64,000 nt of DNA from an uncultured Eubacteriales bacterium (GTDB lineage Bacteria; Bacillota; Clostridia; Christensenellales; CAG-314): contig CARAIG010000079.1 of NCBI GenBank assembly GCA_948938605.1, positions 15 to 64,014 on the forward strand, given 5' to 3'. This document shows, piece by piece, positions 28,077-37,182 of the stretch (position 1 is the first letter of the stretch; each line of letters opens with the position of its first letter). The notes under the pieces were generated by a model, which was not told the origin of the DNA, did not search any database, and was given only the letters and a program-made list of their open reading frames with translations. The position numbers and the translations under genes are program-made.

Positions 28077-28746
28077 CGTGTCGTACCGCCTTGTATCCAA
28101 GTCCCCTAACGGTGACAATTTCAAACTCCTTAGTGTCGGCAAAACGGGTGCGCAAACGGTTAATATGCACGTTTACCGTATGCTCGTCGCTTTCGGCGTC
28201 CATCCCCCATATTTCGTCCATAAGCTGCATACGCGTAAATACCCGTTCGGGATAGGAAAGCAACTTATACAACAGTAAAAATTCCTTTTGCGGCAAAGTT
28301 TCGGTCGAGTCGTCGATAATTATGGAATAGGAATTGTAATCCAACGTAATTTTACCGATAACCAACTTGTTTTCCGCAACGATTTTGCTGCGCCTTAGCA
28401 ATGCTTTTATGCGCAACAACAGTTCTTCGAAATCGAACGGTTTTGTCATATAGTCGTCAATACCGACTACGAAGCCTTGTTTAATGTCGTTAACTGCGCT
28501 TTTTGCCGATAACATAAGCATAGGCATTTGGCTGCCGTTTTCGCGCAACGTCTGCGCCAATTCGTATCCGTCCATTTTAGGCATCATTACGTCCAAGACC
28601 ATTAAATCTATATGATTGTGATCCAACACGTCTAACGCTTCGACGCCGTTGGTTGCTTCCAAAGTGGAATAACCGTAATTTTTTAAAATAGTAGTTATTA
28701 ACTTACGTGTATTTTTGTCGTCTTCGACCACCAAGATATTTAACAT
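28069..28746 (-). CDS. OmpR-family response regulator
   Basis: LNILVVEDD, DVMMPKMDG, and a winged-helix C-terminus. ATG 28746 follows a GAGG RBS and is preferred over the upstream GTG. Confidence 0.85.
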   Translation of the reverse strand: MLNILVVEDDKNTRKLITTILKNYGYSTLEATNGVEALDVLDHNHIDLMVLDVMMPKMDGYELAQTLRENGSQMPMLMLSAKSAVNDIKQGFVVGIDDYMTKPFDFEELLLRIKALLRRSKIVAENKLVIGKITLDYNSYSIIIDDSTETLPQKEFLLLYKLLSYPERVFTRMQLMDEIWGMDAESDEHTVNVHINRLRTRFADTKEFEIVTVRGLGYKAVRHDE

Positions 28747-28930
28747 AGTATTTATTGCCTCGCGATTATACACTGTTATATATTAATTATATACCAAATA
28801 CTTAAAAACGTAAATAGTTTGAATAATAATACAATCGTATCGACGGCAAAAATCGAATTAAATTTAATTATTTAAATTTGTTAACAAAAAATTTGTATTC
28901 GTTTAAGAAAACTGTGTTATAATTTATATA

Positions 28931-29723
28931 ATGAAAAAGAATAAGCCTTACAAAATTAAATATCCCAACCAGCCCGTTTGGAGTTGCTTTGCAAAATTTT
29001 TGCATTTGGTATTTAAACGCCCCGAAATAATTAACACAGCAGGCGAATTGCCCACTAATGCAATTTACGTAGCAAACCACAGCGCAATGGCGGGACCTGT
29101 TGTTTACAATTTGTACTTTCCCGTACCGCACGCTCCTTGGGGCGCATATCCTATGCTAGGCGGATACAAATCCCGCTTCCGCTACTTGCGCGACGTTTAC
29201 TTCATTCAAAAACGCGGAATGAACAAAGCGTTTGCTTCTTTCCTTGCCACGTTCGAAGCGTGCTTTTCCATTTGGATATACAAAGGAATGCACGTGATAC
29301 CCAGTTTCCCCGACGGAAGATTACTTAAAACGTTGCGCATAAGTTTAGACCACATCGAAAACAACCGCGCGGTAATGGTTTTCCCCGAACACTCCGAAAC
29401 GGGATACCACGAAACGCTTACGGGATTTTCGGCGGGGTTTGTCGTACTTGCGGAAAGGTATAAAAAAACTACACGGGCAAGACATACCCATATACCCCAT
29501 TTACTACCACAAGGAATTAAACAAAATGGTAGTAGGCAAACCGCATACATTGGACGAATTTAAAGATAAAAATATGACGCGCAACGACATAGCAAACGAA
29601 TTTTGCAAATTCACCAACCAACTGTTTGCCGATTACATCGACGTAAAGAAAGATACGCAGCAGCCCGTAACGGACGACGTCAACATAGTAGACATTGTTC
29701 CGTCCCAACCTAACGAAACATAA
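28931..29723 (+). pseudogene. PlsC-like acyltransferase interrupted by a +1 frameshift in an A7 tract
   Basis: Two overlapping ORFs (28931-29563 and 29439-29723) read continuously as ...AERYKKLHGQDIPIYPIYYHKE... if A7 (29462-29468) is read as A6. An NHSAMAGP/FPEHSETG acyltransferase-like pattern is present. Confidence 0.6.
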
Positions 29724-29741
29724 TATATCGATACAATAATT

Positions 29742-29782
29742 AAACAAGCGGAATCCTTAACAAAGGAATCCGCTTGTTTATT
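29742..29782. terminator. Bidirectional rho-independent terminator
   Basis: AAACAAGCGGA ... TCCGCTTGTTT 11-bp stem with A/T runs on both sides. Confidence 0.7.
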
Positions 29783-29784
29783 AA

Positions 29785-30024
29785 TTCGTAATGCGCAATT
29801 ATGGCTGAGATTAATTTAATTGCGGAGGGCAAGAGTCTGCCACCCTACGATTATGTTTAACGCAGTAGACGCACCTTTTAAATTTATGTCTTCTAGTCCT
29901 AAGCCCGTAGAAACGAGCAAGACAAGGCAAACTAGGCGACCGTAAAGGAGCGTACTTAAACGTACGTGACTGCAACGGCGTCCGACGTTTAACGCAGTAT
30001 TGCGATGTTTATACGGGCTTAGGA
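29785..30024. other. Structured GC-rich element in a convergent gap (long ABC-operon 3-prime UTR or independent RNA/MITE-like repeat)
   Basis: 13-nt inverted repeat 29897-29909 / 30012-30024. 13-nt direct repeat GTTTAACGCAGTA at 29855 and 29987. Inner hairpin 29951-29966. Confidence 0.45.
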
Positions 30025-31992
30025 CAGTTCGAAAGCGCCGGTATACAGTTGATAATATTTTCCCTTTTGTGCAATCAAGTCGTCGTGATTGCCGCGTTCG
30101 ATAATTTCGCCGTGTTCAAGCACCATTATCGCGTTGCTGTTGCGAACGGTGGACAGGCGGTGCGCTATTACAAAGGTTGTACGTCCTTGCATTAATGCGT
30201 CCATACCTTTTTCGATAAGCCATTCGGTACGGGTGTCGATACTGCTGGTTGCTTCGTCCAAAATCAATACGGGAGGATCGGCAACGGCAGCGCGCGCTAT
30301 TGCAAGCAACTGGCGCTGTCCCTGCGACAAGTTTTCGCCGTCGCGCGTAAGCATTGTATTGTAGCCATCGGGCAAGTGCTTTATAAATTGGTGAGCGTTT
30401 GCCGATTTAGCAGCAGCTATACATTCTTCATCGGTTGCGTCAAGCCTGCCGTAACGGATATTATCCATAACGGTACCCGTAAACAAGTGGGTATCCTGCA
30501 ACACCATTGCAAGGGATCTGCGCAAGTCCGCCTTTTTAATTTTGTTGATATTAATTCCGTCGTAGCGGATTTTTCCGTCAGGAACGTCGTAAAAACGGTT
30601 AATTAAGTTGGTAATTGTGGTTTTGCCTGCGCCGGTAGAACCGACGAAAGCAATTTTTTGCCCCGGCTTTGCAAACAGCGAAACGTCGCGCAATACCGTT
30701 TTGTTTTCCTCGTAACCGAATGTGACGTCTTCGAAACGCACGTCCCCTTTAAGTTCGGTATAGGTAATTTCGCCCGTTTCGGAGTGGGGATGTTTCCACG
30801 CCCAACGTCCCGTGCGCTTAGCGCTTTCGGTGATGTTGCCTTGTTCGTCAACTTCGGCGTTAACAAGAGTAACGTAACCGTCGTCCACTTCAACGGGTGT
30901 ATCCAACAGTTTAAATACGCGCTCGCCGCCCGCAACAGCCATAAATATCATATTTATTTGTTGTGCGATTTGTTGAATAGGGTTGGATATATTGCGGATA
31001 TACATCAAGAATGCGGCGATTATTCCCACAAAACCTAAAGGTTCGCCGGATGAAATGGCAATGAATGCGCCTACAATTGCTATTGCAGCATAAAAGAAGT
31101 GCGACAAGTTATTCATAATGGGTCCCATTATGTTGGCGTAACCGTTAGCCTTAGCCGATACGGTTTGCCAGTAGGTGTTGATTTTGTCGAATTCCGCAAC
31201 AGCTATTTCTTCGTGGTTGAATGCTTTAACAACCTTTTGTCCTTCAATGAGTTCTTCGATGTAGCCGTTAAGTTTACCTACCGCTTCCTGTTGCGCGACG
31301 AAATTCTTTTGCGATTTACCGCCGATTACTTTTACGACGACAAGCATACACGCAAGCATAGCAATCATAACAAGCGCAAGTTGCCAACTTAACACAAACA
31401 TCATTGCAAACACGCCCACAATCGTCAAAACACTGCTAACAACCTGCGGAATGCAACGGGCTATAAATTCGTTCATTACATCGACGTCGTTAGTAAAACG
31501 CGTCATAAGTTCGCCGTGCGTGTTAGTATCGAAAACCTTAATGGGTAACTTTTGCATATGCGCAAACAATTCGTTACGAATAGTCGTCATTGTAGTTGTC
31601 GAAATAGAAACAAGCAAACGGTTGCAAATGTAGTTGGCTATAATGCCGATAACGTAGATTCCCGCTATCGTGCAAACCAATATAGTCAAATAAGTAATTT
31701 TGTCCGCAACGATATTGCCCGGTGCAAAACCGTAAGCAAAGTCATCGAGCCAAGCGATATTGGTTAAAGTCAAGTCGGGGCTAGGTTTTACCGCAGCAAG
31801 ACCGTTGAGCAAAGGAGCAAGAATAGCCGTACCGGCTATATTAGCAAAAGCGTTAATCAATACGCAAATAAACACTACTACCATTTTGCCCGCGTGCGGT
31901 TTTAAATATTTAAGCAAGCGCGCAACGGTACCTTTTATATTTTGCGGACGGGGAGCATTCATTCCCTTACCGCGTCCCATTGGTCTAGGCAT
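30019..31992 (-). CDS. ABC transporter permease/ATP-binding protein (exporter half-transporter, subunit 2)
   Basis: Six-TM ABC_membrane domain, Walker A GSTGAGKTT, signature LSQGQRQ and Walker B ILDEATS. Confidence 0.9.
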   Translation of the reverse strand: MPRPMGRGKGMNAPRPQNIKGTVARLLKYLKPHAGKMVVVFICVLINAFANIAGTAILAPLLNGLAAVKPSPDLTLTNIAWLDDFAYGFAPGNIVADKITYLTILVCTIAGIYVIGIIANYICNRLLVSISTTTMTTIRNELFAHMQKLPIKVFDTNTHGELMTRFTNDVDVMNEFIARCIPQVVSSVLTIVGVFAMMFVLSWQLALVMIAMLACMLVVVKVIGGKSQKNFVAQQEAVGKLNGYIEELIEGQKVVKAFNHEEIAVAEFDKINTYWQTVSAKANGYANIMGPIMNNLSHFFYAAIAIVGAFIAISSGEPLGFVGIIAAFLMYIRNISNPIQQIAQQINMIFMAVAGGERVFKLLDTPVEVDDGYVTLVNAEVDEQGNITESAKRTGRWAWKHPHSETGEITYTELKGDVRFEDVTFGYEENKTVLRDVSLFAKPGQKIAFVGSTGAGKTTITNLINRFYDVPDGKIRYDGININKIKKADLRRSLAMVLQDTHLFTGTVMDNIRYGRLDATDEECIAAAKSANAHQFIKHLPDGYNTMLTRDGENLSQGQRQLLAIARAAVADPPVLILDEATSSIDTRTEWLIEKGMDALMQGRTTFVIAHRLSTVRNSNAIMVLEHGEIIERGNHDDLIAQKGKYYQLYTGAFELS

Positions 31993-33934
31993 TGTCTTCC
32001 CCTCCTTTCTTTACGCTTTTTTTAGTTGTTTTGGTTTTAGGCGCAGTTTTAGCGCTAGCCGTTTTAGTACTCTTTTTAACGGTTTTCGTTTCAACAGGCT
32101 GTTCGGTTGCGCCGTCTTCGACGGTAGCTTTTTGTTGCGAATGGTACACTTCCTGATAAATCGAACACGTTTTAAGCAGTTGTTCGTGTGTGCCGATTGC
32201 GTTTATTTTGCCGTCGTCTAAAACCACTATTTTGTCGCAGTCTTCAACAGACGATATACGCTGAGCAATAATTATCGTCGTCATATCGGCTGCGTGTTCG
32301 CGCAAACCGCTGCGGATTTTTGCGTCGGTTGCGGTATCTACCGCACTAGTCGAGTCGTCCAAAATCATAATTTTGGGTTTTTTAAGTAACGCCCGCGCAA
32401 TGCACAAACGTTGCTTTTGTCCGCCCGAAACGTTTACGCCCCCTTGACCTAAGTCGGTGTCGTAACCGTCGGGGAAAGACTTGATAAATTCGTCCGCGCA
32501 CGCCGCTTGACACGCTTGTTCGATTTGCTCTTGCGTAGCGTCCTTATCGCCCCACAGCAAGTTTTCGCGGATTGTTCCGCTAAACAAGACATTCTTTTGC
32601 AAAACCATAGCAACGCCTTCGCGCAAGTTGAACAGCGAATATTCCCTTACGTCCGTTCCGTCAACCAACACTTGCCCGTTAAGTACGTCGTAAAAACGGG
32701 GGATAAGTTGAACAAGACTGCTTTTGCCGTCGCCTGTACCGCCGATAACGCCTACAATTTCGCCCGACTTGATGTCAAGGTTAATATGTTCCAACGTCAA
32801 GTTGTCGGCATTGTTGGAATAGGAAAAGTCCACGTCGACGAATTGAATACTTCCGCTGTTTACCGTTTTGTCGTTTTCGCCGTCTTTAATGTCGGGTTCG
32901 GCATCCAAAACTTCCCACAAACGGTCGATACTTGCCCTACTCATAACAAGCTGCACTGCTATAAAGCAAATCATCATAACGGACATAAGTATTTGCGTGC
33001 AGTAAGTCATCATTGCCGTCAACGTTCCCGATTCGATACGACCGTTTGCAATGTCGACACCGCCTATTACAAGCAAGGATATGATTGCGCCGTACATAAT
33101 GACCGAAACAAGCGGGTTCATTAAAACCATCAATTTTTCCGCTTTAAGTTGTGCTTTGCGGACTTCTTCGGTTTGAGCGCGGTATTTTTCCTCCTCGTAG
33201 TCCTCGCGTACAAACGCCTTGACAACGCGGATAGCAACCAAGTCTTCCTGTACGCCCGCATTCATAGAGTCGTACTTTTTAAGCATCGATTTAAACAACG
33301 GGTGAACGCGACTTGCAAGGAAAAACATTACTACGCCCAACAACGGCACTGCTATCAAAAATATCCACGCAAGATTGGGCGCCTTGATAAACGCCATTAC
33401 GGCAGAAAATATCAACATCGAAGGCGCACGGATAACCGTACGGATAATCATCATAAAGGACTGTTGCGCGTTGTTTACGTCGGTTGTGGAACGGGTAACA
33501 AGACTTGCCGTCGAAAATCTGTCGACGTTCGAAAACGAAAAACTTTGAATTTTACTAAACAGGCGCGAACGGATTGTTTTGGAAAATCCCGCGCCGGCAA
33601 CGGCGGCAAGTTTGCCCGCAAGCGCGCCGAACGTTAACGACAGCACTGCCGATATTACCATAAGCACGCCGTAGGTGATTACTATATCGGTAAGCATAGT
33701 CGAAGTTATAACTGTACCTGCCGTAGCCGTAACCACCTTAAAGGACGAAAACTGCAAGTACATTATGTTTTCTTTTAACGGATTGGGTTGCGAAAACAAC
33801 TGCATAGTGTTAAGTATATTGGACATAAACATAGGAAGTATTACTTCCAAAGCCGTTTCCAACAATACAAACACAACTGTCAGTATCGACTGCTTTTCGT
33901 ACCCTTTTCCTCCTTGTAACAATTTTTTTATCAT
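31985..33934 (-). CDS. ABC transporter permease/ATP-binding protein (exporter half-transporter, subunit 1) with a Lys-rich C-terminal tail
   Basis: Walker A GGTGDGKSS, signature VSGGQKQ, Walker B ILDDSTS. It overlaps the partner gene by 8 nt. The C-terminal ~55 aa are K/T/A-rich and low-complexity. Confidence 0.9.
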   Translation of the reverse strand: MIKKLLQGGKGYEKQSILTVVFVLLETALEVILPMFMSNILNTMQLFSQPNPLKENIMYLQFSSFKVVTATAGTVITSTMLTDIVITYGVLMVISAVLSLTFGALAGKLAAVAGAGFSKTIRSRLFSKIQSFSFSNVDRFSTASLVTRSTTDVNNAQQSFMMIIRTVIRAPSMLIFSAVMAFIKAPNLAWIFLIAVPLLGVVMFFLASRVHPLFKSMLKKYDSMNAGVQEDLVAIRVVKAFVREDYEEEKYRAQTEEVRKAQLKAEKLMVLMNPLVSVIMYGAIISLLVIGGVDIANGRIESGTLTAMMTYCTQILMSVMMICFIAVQLVMSRASIDRLWEVLDAEPDIKDGENDKTVNSGSIQFVDVDFSYSNNADNLTLEHINLDIKSGEIVGVIGGTGDGKSSLVQLIPRFYDVLNGQVLVDGTDVREYSLFNLREGVAMVLQKNVLFSGTIRENLLWGDKDATQEQIEQACQAACADEFIKSFPDGYDTDLGQGGVNVSGGQKQRLCIARALLKKPKIMILDDSTSAVDTATDAKIRSGLREHAADMTTIIIAQRISSVEDCDKIVVLDDGKINAIGTHEQLLKTCSIYQEVYHSQQKATVEDGATEQPVETKTVKKSTKTASAKTAPKTKTTKKSVKKGGEDNA

Positions 33935-34057
33935 ATATTTTCCTCGAATCTCTATTATTTTTTCAGTTGCATTTTACACATCATTATATACTATTTAAAA
34001 CTTTATGCAAACTGAATTAACTTAAAAGCGCTGATGTTTTTTTGTCATTTATTACCA

Positions 34058-34095
34058 AAAAATACAAGCAAACGTCGGTTCGCTTGTATTTTTAA
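34058..34095 (-). terminator. Rho-independent terminator after the MacB-like gene
   Basis: Minus strand: ATACAAGCGAAC-loop-GTTTGCTTGTAT followed by a T-run. Confidence 0.65.
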
Positions 34096-34106
34096 ATTTG
34101 GCAACG

Positions 34107-36860
34107 TTATTCGGAACGCAAACTTTCGACAGGATCTTTCTTTGCTGCTAAACTTGCGGGGATAAGTCCCGAAATAAGCGTTAATACAATACTTACTCCA
34201 ATCATTATAAACGCTTGCCAAATAGGCAGTGATGCAATTGTGTAAATACCGAATAGCGAACCCAAAATAAGGTTGATTACCAACGATATTCCGTAAGTTA
34301 ACAATATACCTATAACGCCGGAAGCTCCGCCGATAATAAACGTTTCGGCAATGAACAAATTGGATACGTCTTTTTTGCGTCCGCCGAGAGAACGTATAAC
34401 GCCGATTTCCTTGATACGTTCGATTACCGATACATAGGTAATAATTGCAATCATAACGGTAGATACTACCAACGACAGCGCAGTAAACGCAATTAACGCC
34501 ACAGTAATTATATCGATAAATTGGTTAATCATTCCTATTACTATTTCCAACGTATCGGTGTACATTATGTCTTCGCGCTCAGTTGGCGCAACTTCAACGC
34601 CGTTAATCGTCAATGTTTTGTCACCGTTCCATTCGTTAAGGTAATCAGTTACTAAATTTTTATCGTTAAAACTAAGCGGATATATGGCTATTGTGCTGGG
34701 AATGCTTACTCCGCCCAAATCGCGCTTCGACAGCGAATACTCCATTTCCGCATTGCCGTTATTCATCATTGCGCTCATCATTGCTTGCATTGTGTCCATA
34801 CTGCCCACAATGCCGATTTCGTCATATCTGTCAATGCCGTTTTCTGCATTTTCATTACGCATTGCAAACGAATAATTATACGTTACGCAATTGAGCATAT
34901 CGGCAAGGCTCGGCTTGCTGTCCGCATTTACCTTAATGGAAAAACTTTGCTTGTTGTTGTCATTAAGATATTTAACTATTTCGGACGATTTACCCGTTTC
35001 AAGCACTTCGTCTATTAACTTTTCGGTGTAATAGAATCCCGATTTTAAAGCGCCGTAATTAATTGTGTCTTTGGGACGCAAAATAGCGGTAATCGTCAAT
35101 TCCTTGGCACCGTCTTTTTTAGACATTTCTTCGACGGTAGGATTGTATGTAAACCTTGTATATTCGCCAAACGACTGCTTGTTGTAAATGTCATCGTTGG
35201 GATACCAGGTAAACTTTTTACCTAATAAGTCTTCGTATGAAATCCTTTCGCGGAATTTAGCGGGATTATTTTCGGCATCAACGGCATTTTCCACAAGATT
35301 TACAAATTCGTCTTGACTGAAATATCCGTATTGCGCAAGCAGCAAATCGGTCAATGAAGTCTTGCTGTCCAATACAATCATAATTTCGTCCGCTTCGGTT
35401 GCAATTTTACCGTCGCCCAAAATATCGTACTGCGACAGTATGTAGTCGGAATTGTTTGGAGCAATGCGGAAACTTTCGGTAAACATAGATATGTATGCTG
35501 CATATTGCGCGTATTCCGTCTTGCTTAACATTTTAGAGTACAATGTGTTAGCGGCAGACAACGACATATTTTTAGTTCCGTCAACCATACTGAAATCGGT
35601 ATACAAATTATTTGACAGATTGACTCCGTAACGTTTAATCATTGCCGAATAGTACTCGGAAGGCATTTGATCGACAAAATCGACATACTGCTGAGTAATT
35701 TTGTTTGTATAAACGACGCTTGCCATATCGCTCCCGCGGGAAACAAGGTATTCGACCATTTTATCGACGTTAACAAACCCGTTAAGAACTTTCATTTCAT
35801 CGTCGCCGCTATTCATCATATTGTTCATTGCGGTATTGATTGCGTCAAAATTCATTGCTTCGGCGGAAATCGTAATTGGGTTACCGCTTAACATATCGTC
35901 TTGCATGCTTGCAATGTATCCCTTAACACCGCTGGAAACTCCCAAAACGGTGGCTACGCCGACAATTCCGATAGAGCCCGCAATACATACCAAAATAGTA
36001 CGTTTTAGTTTAGACCACAAGTTCCTTGCCGACAGTTTAAATGCGCCCCAAGCCGACAATTTTGCCTTTTTCTGTTTTTTATCCTTTTTGCCATTTACGG
36101 GTTGTTGTTCGACAATATCGTTTGACGCAGACGGGCTTTCGGTAGCGGTTGATTCAACCGATTGTAAGTTTGTTTGTTCCCCGTCATAAGGATTGCTGTC
36201 GTGAACTACTTCACCGTCCAACAAATTGATAATACGCGTGGAATACCTTTCGGCAAGTTCGGGGTTGTGCGTAACCATTATGACAAGACGTTCGTCGGCA
36301 ATTTCCTTGATAATGTCCATTATCTGCACCGAAGTCGTAGTATCCAACGCCCCCGTAGGTTCGTCCGCAAGCAAAATTTCCGGTTCGTTGACTATTGCGC
36401 GCGCAATTGCTACGCATTGACATTGTCCGCCCGAAAGTTGATTAGGCTTTTTACGGTATTGACCTTTTAACCCTACTTTATCCAACGCTTCGTGAGCGCG
36501 GCGGACGCGTTCCGCTTTGTCCACGCCCGAAATAGACAACGCCAATTCGACGTTTTCGGATATGGTTTGGTGAGGAATAAGGTTGTAACTTTGAAATACA
36601 AAACCTATGCTGTGGTTACGGTAGTTATCCCAATCGCGGTCGGTAAAACGCTTGGTGCTTATATCATTTATAAACAGTTCGCCGTCGGTGTAATGGTCAA
36701 GTCCGCCTATAATATTAAGCAACGTGGTTTTTCCGCAGCCGGACGGTCCTAAAATGGAAACGAATTCGTTTTTACGGAAAGTTAAATCCACGCCTTTTAA
36801 TGCGTGTACCGTTGTGTCCGCAACATGATAGTCTTTGATAATTTTACGTAATTTAAGCAT
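34107..36860 (-). CDS. Fused ABC ATPase + FtsX/MacB-type permease with a large extracytoplasmic domain
   Basis: N-terminal ATPase (GPSGCGKTT, LSGGQCQ, LLADEPTGALD), a Lys-rich linker, TM1, a ~450-aa extracytoplasmic region and a C-terminal FtsX-like 3-TM bundle. Confidence 0.85.
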   Translation of the reverse strand: MLKLRKIIKDYHVADTTVHALKGVDLTFRKNEFVSILGPSGCGKTTLLNIIGGLDHYTDGELFINDISTKRFTDRDWDNYRNHSIGFVFQSYNLIPHQTISENVELALSISGVDKAERVRRAHEALDKVGLKGQYRKKPNQLSGGQCQCVAIARAIVNEPEILLADEPTGALDTTTSVQIMDIIKEIADERLVIMVTHNPELAERYSTRIINLLDGEVVHDSNPYDGEQTNLQSVESTATESPSASNDIVEQQPVNGKKDKKQKKAKLSAWGAFKLSARNLWSKLKRTILVCIAGSIGIVGVATVLGVSSGVKGYIASMQDDMLSGNPITISAEAMNFDAINTAMNNMMNSGDDEMKVLNGFVNVDKMVEYLVSRGSDMASVVYTNKITQQYVDFVDQMPSEYYSAMIKRYGVNLSNNLYTDFSMVDGTKNMSLSAANTLYSKMLSKTEYAQYAAYISMFTESFRIAPNNSDYILSQYDILGDGKIATEADEIMIVLDSKTSLTDLLLAQYGYFSQDEFVNLVENAVDAENNPAKFRERISYEDLLGKKFTWYPNDDIYNKQSFGEYTRFTYNPTVEEMSKKDGAKELTITAILRPKDTINYGALKSGFYYTEKLIDEVLETGKSSEIVKYLNDNNKQSFSIKVNADSKPSLADMLNCVTYNYSFAMRNENAENGIDRYDEIGIVGSMDTMQAMMSAMMNNGNAEMEYSLSKRDLGGVSIPSTIAIYPLSFNDKNLVTDYLNEWNGDKTLTINGVEVAPTEREDIMYTDTLEIVIGMINQFIDIITVALIAFTALSLVVSTVMIAIITYVSVIERIKEIGVIRSLGGRKKDVSNLFIAETFIIGGASGVIGILLTYGISLVINLILGSLFGIYTIASLPIWQAFIMIGVSIVLTLISGLIPASLAAKKDPVESLRSE

Positions 36861-37082
36861 TGTAAATATCTCCTGTTATAGTGTCGTCTAACCGTCAATG
36901 CCAAACATTTTCACTTAAATATCTTAGACATTTTTAAATGTAATGTCAAGCAAATACTCCTTATATTACTATGCAAATAATAAACTATAAAACTGAAAAT
37001 TTGTTTAAAATCACTTTTTTAATAAGCAAAATTTATTGCATTATACTTAATTTCTATATTATAAAAATGACACTAAAAATTG

Positions 37083-37149
37083 TTGACACATACCCTGATA
37101 ACGGTGCTATAATATGCCCGTTATTTATGATGTGAAATATAATTCACAT
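37083..37149 (+). promoter_or_regulatory. Promoter plus a 20-nt near-palindromic operator upstream of the LRR lipoprotein gene
   Basis: TTGACA (37083-37088) and extended -10 TGCTATAAT (37105-37113). Palindrome ATGTGAAATATAATTCACAT (37130-37149) lies in the 5-prime UTR. Confidence 0.45.
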
Positions 37150-37182
37150 TATAAAAATAATATAAAATAAAGGGGAAAAAAT

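Noticed and set aside
28868-29131. 87-aa minus-strand ORF overlapping the acyltransferase start.
   Set aside because: It is antisense to the acyltransferase coding region and promoter, with no RBS and no recognisable motif.
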